A stretch of 32,000 nt of DNA, from contig NZ_LN831039.1 in assembly GCF_001457595.1 (NCBI RefSeq), forward strand, positions 4,800,001-4,832,000, written 5' to 3'. The position numbers were made by a program, and so were the translations under genes. Origin of the DNA: Mycolicibacterium smegmatis. GTDB taxonomy: Bacteria > Actinomycetota > Actinomycetes > Mycobacteriales > Mycobacteriaceae. The stretch's first letter is position 1; each line of letters starts with the position of its first letter. The notes under the pieces were generated by a model that saw only the letters and a list, made by a program, of their open reading frames with translations, was not told the DNA's origin and made no database searches. Of this stretch, positions 23,235-29,852 are shown piece by piece.

Positions 23235-24032
23235 ATGACCGATTCACCACGCCGCGACGGCAACGAACCGACCCAACAGTTCGGAAGCGGCTATCCCGTC
23301 GAATATCCCGATCCGGCGTACGCGAACCAGACCCCGTACGGCGGCGGGTACCCGGCTGCGCCTAATCCGGTGTCCAATCCCCCGGCCAACCCGCAGCCCA
23401 CCCAGCAGATGCCGGCGTACCCGCCCTACGGTTACGACCCGTACGCCTCAGGTCAGTACGGCTCGGGTCAGTACGGCGGATTCCCGCCTGCCGGGCCACC
23501 TCCGGAGCCCGAGCCCGAGGACCGCGAACCCCGCATGTGGCTGTGGGTGCTCGCGGCGCTCGCCGTGCTCGTCGTGGTGGGCCTGGTGATCGCGCTCGTC
23601 ATCGCCAACGGCTCGCGGCAGGAGACCGTCGTCGCGCCGCCGGTGTCACCACAGCCCAGCTTCAGCGAGCCCACCACCACGGCACCCTCGCCGTCGCGGA
23701 CGCCGCGTCCCGTGCCCGTGCCGCCCCGCACCTCCGCGCCCACCTCGCCCACGACACCGGGCGCCACCGAGACCGTGGTGTACGAGGTCGCCGGTGAGGG
23801 CCGCGCGATCAACATCACCTATCTGGACACCGGCGGCATGCTGCAGACCGAGTTCAACGTGCTGCTGCCGTGGAGCAAGCAGGTCGAACTGCCCGAGCCC
23901 GCGAAAGAGACCGCGAGCGTGAGCGTGCTGAACTTCGGTCCCGAGGTGTCGTGCACCGTGACCGTCGACGGCCTCCAGACGCAGCATCGGACCGGTTCCG
24001 GCCTGACGATCTGCGTCGGCACCATGCGGTAG
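23235..24032 (+). CDS. Proline/tyrosine-rich membrane protein with a C-terminal MmpS-like domain (Rv2507-like)
   Basis: ATG 23235 with GAGGTG upstream. About 95-aa P/Y/G-rich N terminus, one TM helix (MWLWVLAALAVLVVVGLVIALVIA), a Pro/Thr/Ser linker, then VVYEVAGEGRAINITYLDTGG...VSCTVTVDG...GLTICVG. Confidence 0.8.
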   Translation: MTDSPRRDGNEPTQQFGSGYPVEYPDPAYANQTPYGGGYPAAPNPVSNPPANPQPTQQMPAYPPYGYDPYASGQYGSGQYGGFPPAGPPPEPEPEDREPRMWLWVLAALAVLVVVGLVIALVIANGSRQETVVAPPVSPQPSFSEPTTTAPSPSRTPRPVPVPPRTSAPTSPTTPGATETVVYEVAGEGRAINITYLDTGGMLQTEFNVLLPWSKQVELPEPAKETASVSVLNFGPEVSCTVTVDGLQTQHRTGSGLTICVGTMR

Positions 24033-24033
24033 C

Positions 24034-25326
24034 TCAGCGCGCGGTGACCCGCTCGGGCGTGCGCACCGCCGCCATGCCCACCAGGCCTGCCACCAGCACC
24101 AGGCACAGGCCGCCCATACCGGCGCGGTCGGTGCCGAAGATGTCGATGAACATGAAGAACAGCCACGGCGCGAGGAACGACACGGCGCGGCCCACGGTGG
24201 TGTAGAGCCCGAAGGCCACACCCTCCTTGCCTTCGGCGGACATGCGCAGCATCAGTGTGCGGGCCGATGACTGCGTGGGGCCGATGAACAGGCACAGCGC
24301 GAGCCCGCACGCCCAGAACGCCACGGGCCCCGACAGCACCATCATCACGACGCCCGCGGTGATCATCGCGGCCAGCGACCCGACGATGATGGGCTTGGAG
24401 CCGATCCGGTCGTCGAGTTGTCCGCCCACGACGGCGCCGATGGCGGCGATCACGCACGCGCTGATGCCGAACAGCAGTACGTCGGCGTCGCTGATGCCGT
24501 AGACGCTCACGCCGAGCACGGCACCGAACGTGAACACGCCGGCCAGCCCGTCCCGGAACACGGCGCTGGCCAGCAGGTAGTAGACGATGTTGCGGTCACG
24601 CTCCCACTCCGAGCGCACCTCCGACCACAACTTGCGGTACGCGCCGATGAAGCTCGTGCGCGCGGACGGGACGGACACGTGCGGCGACGGCACCGCGAAG
24701 AACACCGGAACCGCGAACAGCGCGAGCCACGCCGCGGCCAGCAGCATGACCGCCCGCACGTTCTGCCCGTCGGCCACCGGAAGGCCCAAGAGGCCCCTGG
24801 TGTCGCCGTCCCCGGCGATGAACCCGAAATAGACGAGGACGAGCAGGACGACGATGCCGGAGTACCCCAGCGCCAGACCGAGTGCCGACACCCGCCCGGA
24901 GTTGTCCGGTGTGGACAGCTGACGCAGCATCGCGTTGTACGGCACGCTCGCCAGTTCGCCGCATGCCCCCGCGAGCGCCAGCAGCACCAGACCGGCCCAC
25001 AGGTAACTGTGGTCGTCGCGGATCAGGCTCATCGACGCCGTCACCACCACAACACATCCGGTGAGCACCGCGAGTGCGGGACGCCTGCGCTCCGGTGCGT
25101 CGACCCAGACCCCGGTCGCGGGTGCGAGGAACGCCACAGCGATGCCCGCGACGGTCAGCGCGCGGCCGAGCCAGCTTGCCGGGGTGGTGTCGCCCGGCAG
25201 GCCGGCGCCGACGGATCCGGTGAGGTAGACCGAGAAGACGAACGTGATGACGATCGCGTTCAAGCCGGCAGAACCGCAATCCCACAGGGCCCACGCAACC
25301 ACCCGCGCGCGGCCGGGGTTGATCAT
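24034..25326 (-). CDS. MFS-type integral membrane transporter (Rv2508c-like)
   Basis: Track ORF trimmed to ATG 25326 (MINPGRARVVAWALWDCGS...). 430 aa, about 12 hydrophobic segments. Confidence 0.8.
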   Translation of the reverse strand: MINPGRARVVAWALWDCGSAGLNAIVITFVFSVYLTGSVGAGLPGDTTPASWLGRALTVAGIAVAFLAPATGVWVDAPERRRPALAVLTGCVVVVTASMSLIRDDHSYLWAGLVLLALAGACGELASVPYNAMLRQLSTPDNSGRVSALGLALGYSGIVVLLVLVYFGFIAGDGDTRGLLGLPVADGQNVRAVMLLAAAWLALFAVPVFFAVPSPHVSVPSARTSFIGAYRKLWSEVRSEWERDRNIVYYLLASAVFRDGLAGVFTFGAVLGVSVYGISDADVLLFGISACVIAAIGAVVGGQLDDRIGSKPIIVGSLAAMITAGVVMMVLSGPVAFWACGLALCLFIGPTQSSARTLMLRMSAEGKEGVAFGLYTTVGRAVSFLAPWLFFMFIDIFGTDRAGMGGLCLVLVAGLVGMAAVRTPERVTAR

Positions 25327-25333
25327 GTCCGAC

Positions 25334-25339
25334 ACTTTA
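25334..25339 (-). promoter_or_regulatory. Candidate -10 hexamer TAAAGT placed for a leaderless MFS transcript
   Basis: On the minus strand: TAAAGT-gtcggac-ATG, 7 nt between the hexamer and ATG 25326. Confidence 0.35.
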
Positions 25340-25356
25340 TGGGGTTGGGCGGCTTC

Positions 25357-25362
25357 TAGGAT
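25357..25362 (+). promoter_or_regulatory. Candidate -10 hexamer TAGGAT placed for a leaderless SDR transcript
   Basis: TAGGAT-gagccgc-ATG, 7 nt between the hexamer and ATG 25370. Confidence 0.35.
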
Positions 25363-25369
25363 GAGCCGC

Positions 25370-26176
25370 ATGCCAGTACCCGCACCCAGTCCGGATGCCC
25401 GTGCCGTGGTCACCGGCGCCTCGCAGAACATCGGCGAAGCGTTGGCCACCGAACTCGCTGCCCGCGGCCACCACCTGATCATCACCGCGCGCCGCGAGGA
25501 GGTGCTGACCTCGCTCGCGCAGCGGTTGACCGAGCGCTACGGCGTCACCGTCGAGGTGCGTGCGGTCGACCTCACCGACCCCGCCGCGCGTGCGACGTTG
25601 TGCGACGAACTCGCCGAGCGCGAGATCTCGATCCTGTGCGCCAACGCGGGCACCGCGACGTTCGGTGCCGTCAAGGATCTGGACCCGGCCGGCGAGAAGG
25701 CCCAGGTGCAGCTGAATGTCCTTGGCGTGCACGATCTTGTGCTCGCGGTGCTGCCGGGTATGGTCGCCCGCCGCGCGGGCGGCATCCTCATCTCGGGTTC
25801 CGCCGCGGGCAACTCGCCGATCCCGAACAACGCCACCTACGCCGCGTCCAAGGCGTTCGCCAACACGTTCAGCGAGTCGCTGCGCGGTGAACTCACCGGT
25901 GTCGGCGTGCACGTCACGCTGCTCGCACCCGGCCCGGTGCGCACCGAACTGCCCGATCCGTCCGAACAGTCCCTCGTCGAGAGGCTGATCCCCGACTTCC
26001 TGTGGATCGACACCGAGTACACCGCGAAGCTGTCCCTGGATGGCTTGGAGCACAACAAGATGCGCGTGGTGCCGGGTGTGACGTCCAAGGCCATGTCGGT
26101 GGCCAGTGGCTACGCCCCGCGCGCCATCGTCACGCCGATCGTCGGCGCGGTCTACAAGAAGCTCGGCGGCGGTTAG
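25370..26176 (+). CDS. Short-chain dehydrogenase/reductase (Rv2509-like)
   Basis: 268 aa from ATG 25370 ([24 protein letters not shown]...). Cofactor motif TGASQNIG. Catalytic YAASK. Alternative ATG at 25361. Confidence 0.88.
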   Translation: MPVPAPSPDARAVVTGASQNIGEALATELAARGHHLIITARREEVLTSLAQRLTERYGVTVEVRAVDLTDPAARATLCDELAEREISILCANAGTATFGAVKDLDPAGEKAQVQLNVLGVHDLVLAVLPGMVARRAGGILISGSAAGNSPIPNNATYAASKAFANTFSESLRGELTGVGVHVTLLAPGPVRTELPDPSEQSLVERLIPDFLWIDTEYTAKLSLDGLEHNKMRVVPGVTSKAMSVASGYAPRAIVTPIVGAVYKKLGGG

Positions 26177-26183
26177 ATCCTCC

Positions 26184-27755
26184 TCAGCGGCGGCGACGGC
26201 CGGTACCGAAGATGCTGCGGGTGATCTCGCGGCCGATCACGGTGCCCGCCGAGCGCATCGCGCTCTTGAACGCGGGGCTCGCGACCATCTTCTCGAAGAA
26301 CCCGGGCTCCTCGGGCTGCGCCGGGGCCGGCATCGGGGCGGCCTCTCCGGTGGCCTCGACGCCGGCGAAGCCGCCCGCGTCACCGCCCTCCGGCGGAGCC
26401 AGCTTGGCGGCCAGACGCTCGTAGGCCGAATCCCGGTCGACGGTCTGCCCGTAGGTGGCCTGCAGCGGGCTCGCCTTGGCCGCCGCCGAGATCGCGTCGG
26501 CGCCGATCGTGTCCATCAGCGAGCGCGGCGCGCGCATCCGCGTCCACGCCACCGGGGTGGGCGCACCCTTCTCCGAGAGCACGGTCACCACGGCCTCGCC
26601 GATGCCCAGCGAGGTGAGCGCCTCTTCGAGGTCGTAGACCTTGGTCTTGGGATAGGTGCGCACGGTCTTGGTGAGCGCCTTCTGGTCGTCGGGCGTGAAG
26701 GCGCGCAGCGCGTGCTGGATCCGGGCACCCAACTGCGAGAGGACGTCGTTTGGGACGTCGGTGGGCAGCTGGGTGCAGAAGAAGACGCCGACGCCCTTGG
26801 AGCGGATCAGTTTCACGGTCTGCTCGACCTGCTCGAGGAACGCCTTGGATGCGTCGTTGAACAGCAGGTGCGCCTCATCGAAGAAGAACACCAGCTTGGG
26901 CTTGTCGACGTCGCCGACCTCGGGCAGCGTCGTGAACAGATCGGCCAGCACCCACATGAGGAACGTCGAGAACATCACCGGGCGCGCGGCCTGGGCCCCG
27001 AGCTCCAGCAGCGTGATGACGCCGCGCCCCTGATCGTCGACGCGCAGCAGATCCTTGGGCTCCAGCTCGGGCTCACCGAAGAACGTGTCCGCACCCTCGG
27101 CCTCGAGGTTGACCAGCGCACGCAAGATCACGCCCGCGGTCGTCGTCGACACCGCGCCGAGCGCCTTGAGCTCGGGCTTGCCCTCGTCGCTGGTCAGGTA
27201 CTGGATGACCGAGCGCAGATCCTTGATGTCCAGCAGCGGCAGACCCTTCTGGTCGGCCCAGTGGAAGATCAGCCCCAGGGTGGACTCCTGGGTCTGGTTG
27301 AGCCCCAGCACTTTCGACAGCAGGATCGGGCCGAAGCTGGTGATCGTCGCGCGCACCGGCACGCCGATGCCCTCGGTGCCCAGCGACAGGAACTCCACCG
27401 GGAACCCCGTGGGTGTCCAGTCGTCCCCGGTGTCGGCGGCGCGCTGGGTGACCTTGTCGTTCGACTCCCCCGGTTTGGCCAGCCCGGACAGGTCGCCCTT
27501 GACGTCGGCCATCAGCACCGGCACGCCCGCGGCGGAGAGCTGCTCGGCGAGCACCTGCAGGGACTTCGTCTTGCCGGTGCCGGTGGCCCCGGCGATCAGA
27601 CCGTGCCGGTTGACCGTGGCGAGCGGGATGCGCACCTGGGCGGTGGGGTCGACGGCACCGTCGACGACGACGGTGCCCAGTTCGAGAGCCTGCCCTTCGA
27701 CGGCATATCCGGCGGCGATCTGCTGCGCGGGAGTAGCTGTCGATTCGGTGGTCAT
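26184..27755 (-). CDS. HerA-like P-loop ATPase, DUF853 family (Rv2510c-like)
   Basis: Track ORF trimmed to ATG 27755 ([12 protein letters not shown]...), preceded by GGAGGA. Walker A GATGTGKT. Walker B-like [10 protein letters not shown]. 523 aa. Confidence 0.85.
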   Translation of the reverse strand: MTTESTATPAQQIAAGYAVEGQALELGTVVVDGAVDPTAQVRIPLATVNRHGLIAGATGTGKTKSLQVLAEQLSAAGVPVLMADVKGDLSGLAKPGESNDKVTQRAADTGDDWTPTGFPVEFLSLGTEGIGVPVRATITSFGPILLSKVLGLNQTQESTLGLIFHWADQKGLPLLDIKDLRSVIQYLTSDEGKPELKALGAVSTTTAGVILRALVNLEAEGADTFFGEPELEPKDLLRVDDQGRGVITLLELGAQAARPVMFSTFLMWVLADLFTTLPEVGDVDKPKLVFFFDEAHLLFNDASKAFLEQVEQTVKLIRSKGVGVFFCTQLPTDVPNDVLSQLGARIQHALRAFTPDDQKALTKTVRTYPKTKVYDLEEALTSLGIGEAVVTVLSEKGAPTPVAWTRMRAPRSLMDTIGADAISAAAKASPLQATYGQTVDRDSAYERLAAKLAPPEGGDAGGFAGVEATGEAAPMPAPAQPEEPGFFEKMVASPAFKSAMRSAGTVIGREITRSIFGTGRRRR

Positions 27756-27875
27756 ACCGCGGTCCTCCGTTCGCCCGAGCGAGCCCCGGAACGAGCTCAC
27801 GTGGGTTTTGACACTACTGGTCTTCCTACGGGTATGGGCGCGTGGCGGGCGCGTGTGCGAATACTGTGGATCTTC

Positions 27876-28505
27876 GTGCGAGACGAACTGGTGTGGATCG
27901 ACTGCGAGATGACCGGGCTGGACCTCAAGTCCGACCGGCTGATCGAGATCGCGGTCCTGGTGACCGATGCGGACCTCAACATTCTCGGCGACGGCCTGGA
28001 CGTGGTGATCCACGCCGATGACGAGTCACTGTCCTCGATGGTCGACGTGGTGAAGCAGATGCATGCGCGCTCCGGCCTGACCGAAGAGGTGCGCAGATCC
28101 ACCGTCGACCTCGCCACGGCCGAGGAGATGGTGCTCGACTACATCCGCGGGCACGTCAAGCAGGCCAAGACCGCGCCGCTGGCGGGCAACTCGATCGCCA
28201 CCGACCGCGGCTTCATCGCGCGGGACATGCCCAAGCTCGACGATTACCTGCACTACCGGATGATCGACGTCAGCTCGATCAAGGAGCTGTGCAGGCGCTG
28301 GTACCCCCGCATCTACTTCGGCCAACCGGAGAAAGGTCTCGCACACCGCGCGCTGGCCGACATCCACGAGTCGATCCGCGAACTCAAGTACTACCGCGCC
28401 ACGGCGTTCGTCCCGCAGCCCGGGCCTTCTACCAGCGATATCGCCGCGATCGCCGCCGAGCTCGGCCCGCCTTCGAGCAACTCGGCGGATACCGATTCGG
28501 CTTAA
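27876..28505 (+). CDS. orn: Oligoribonuclease (DEDDh 3'-5' exoribonuclease)
   Basis: This is the last 209 aa of the 799-aa track [19 protein letters not shown] (DxE), [23 protein letters not shown] 27876 chosen from my recollection of the Orn N terminus. In-frame alternatives are GTG 27855 and ATG 27834. Confidence 0.88.
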   Translation: MRDELVWIDCEMTGLDLKSDRLIEIAVLVTDADLNILGDGLDVVIHADDESLSSMVDVVKQMHARSGLTEEVRRSTVDLATAEEMVLDYIRGHVKQAKTAPLAGNSIATDRGFIARDMPKLDDYLHYRMIDVSSIKELCRRWYPRIYFGQPEKGLAHRALADIHESIRELKYYRATAFVPQPGPSTSDIAAIAAELGPPSSNSADTDSA

Positions 28506-28562
28506 CCGCACCCGAGCGGTTAGTATCTACGGGCCGCATGCGCCGAAAGGCAAAGCGGCGAT

Positions 28563-28636
28563 GGTGGCTGTAGTTCAGTTGGTAGAGCACCAGGTTGTGA
28601 TCCTGGCTGTCGCGGGTTCGAGTCCCGTCAGCCACC
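28563..28636 (+). tRNA. tRNA-His (anticodon GUG) with encoded G-1
   Basis: G(-1). Acceptor GTGGCTG/CAGCCAC. D arm GTTC-AGTTGGTA-GAGC. Anticodon arm CCAGG-TTGTGAT-CCTGG. T arm GCGGG-TTCGAGT-CCCGT. Discriminator C. Confidence 0.93.
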
Positions 28637-28649
28637 CCGATATCGGGAG

Positions 28650-28677
28650 CCCCGCCTACGCGAGTAGGCGGGGTTTT
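28650..28677 (+). terminator. Rho-independent terminator after tRNA-His
   Basis: 10-bp perfect stem CCCCGCCTAC/GTAGGCGGGG, GCGA tetraloop, then TTTT (28674-28677). Confidence 0.8.
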
Positions 28678-29852
28678 CGCGTTGACGGGGTGTGATCGAC
28701 GCCGACACCCCGCCAATGGCACTCCCGACGCTTTGCGGAGCGTGGACTGCACGGGATGCGCCGCCCATACCATCGCCTACTTGAGTCAGGGCCTGCGGGC
28801 ATTGCCCGCGAACCTGATTCGCACGCGCGGCAACTTCGACGTACTGAGTGCCCGTGGACTCCGGCAGCTTGCCGGGTTCGACACGGACCGACTCCCGGCG
28901 GACCCGCGGCATGCGGCTGCGCGTCACCGACCCTGACCGGACCGGTCGCGGACCCGAGGTTCGCGGGTCCGGCGATGAGCCCGCGCGCGACGGTGTCGAC
29001 GCGATCCGAGCGCGCCGCGCGTAACCAGCTACCACCGCGCGAGCGCGGTCGCATCATTGCGGGCAAACATAATTGACGTTGCCATAAGCGCAATTCCGTA
29101 CCATTTAGTTCAGCTGGAATATGAATTGAACATAAGTTCCCATATGTACGAATAGGTCGTGAACTGCACCGAAACACCGGAGTGTGACCTTGGTCTCATA
29201 ACCGCAGTTATGCGTTTTTATCCGGCCGACCGATTTGCCACCACCAACAACCACTACGCAAACCTGTGAAGTTCCTGAGATCGACGCGCCACGCAGGCGT
29301 GGGTCACAGACATCTCACCCATCACGGGTTACGGTCGGACACAGGGCAATCCGCACGCCAGGCACGCCGAACCCACGTTCCCCGGCCGGCCGCAGCGCTT
29401 TCGGCGACGCTGTGGCAAACCCGGATCAACGGCCTTCCTGAGCGATCGCACAGCGCCGCGAAGACGTGACTTAGGGAACGATTTCAGCGACTTCGCAGGT
29501 CCGCGAGGTACGGTTTGCCGCCACACCGCGTCGCGAGCCGCGGTTCGGGCGGGTCGGTAGCTGATATCGCCTGCGTCGACACAACCCGCGCGGCGGCCGT
29601 TAGCGAAGACACGTGTCAACTTTGAAAAGGTACTGTTACCGGGTTTTGATAGCCCTACTAGCGTTTTACGTCACCGTAAATCAAGATCGATTGCTGATCT
29701 TGTCCGGCCATTAAACAATGGCGCATTGCTGGATCCGCGGCGGATTACGGAAAAGCGAATAAAACCCCCCTCGCCACGGCTTTTCTCGAATGGCATGTGG
29801 CATACGGGCCGTGGTACTAAGTACGCCGATCGCGTCATTAGTAGGGGAAGCT

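Noticed and set aside
23451-23477. 12-nt tandem repeat GGTCAGTACGGC-tcg-GGTCAGTACGGC.
   Set aside because: It is simply the coding of the low-complexity GQYGSGQYG stretch inside the Pro/Tyr-rich gene, and is not an independent repeat element.
27808-27813. Consensus -35-like TTGACA in the HerA-like/orn spacer.
   Set aside because: No acceptable TANNNT hexamer lies 16-19 nt downstream. The nearest good -10 (TACTGT, 27862-27867) is 48 nt away.
26106-28505. 799-aa plus-strand ORF.
   Set aside because: Only the last 209 aa (from GTG 27876) are oligoribonuclease. The remainder is the antisense shadow of the HerA-like gene.
28868-28885. CGGGTTCGA, matching 9 nt of the tRNA-His T arm, considered as a possible attR-type direct repeat marking an integrated element.
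   Set aside because: The identity stops after 9 nt and does not include the tRNA 3' acceptor end. There is no integrase and no second boundary.
28628-29177. Minus-strand ORFs 28628-29035 (135 aa) and 28656-29177 (173 aa), and plus-strand ORFs 28682-28936 and 28756-29076, considered as intact genes.
   Set aside because: Both minus-strand ORFs run through the tRNA-His terminator, and 28628-29035 also overlaps the tRNA 3' end. None keeps coding-like composition over its whole length. They are treated only as possible remnants (see the finding at 28678-29057).
29790-29852. Upstream in-frame starts for the PKS (ATG 29790, GTG 29811).
   Set aside because: The extra 14-21 codons are AT-rich and unlike KS N termini, whereas TTG 29853 has GGGGAAG just upstream. 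I keep them as alternatives because the true start cannot be fixed from sequence alone.
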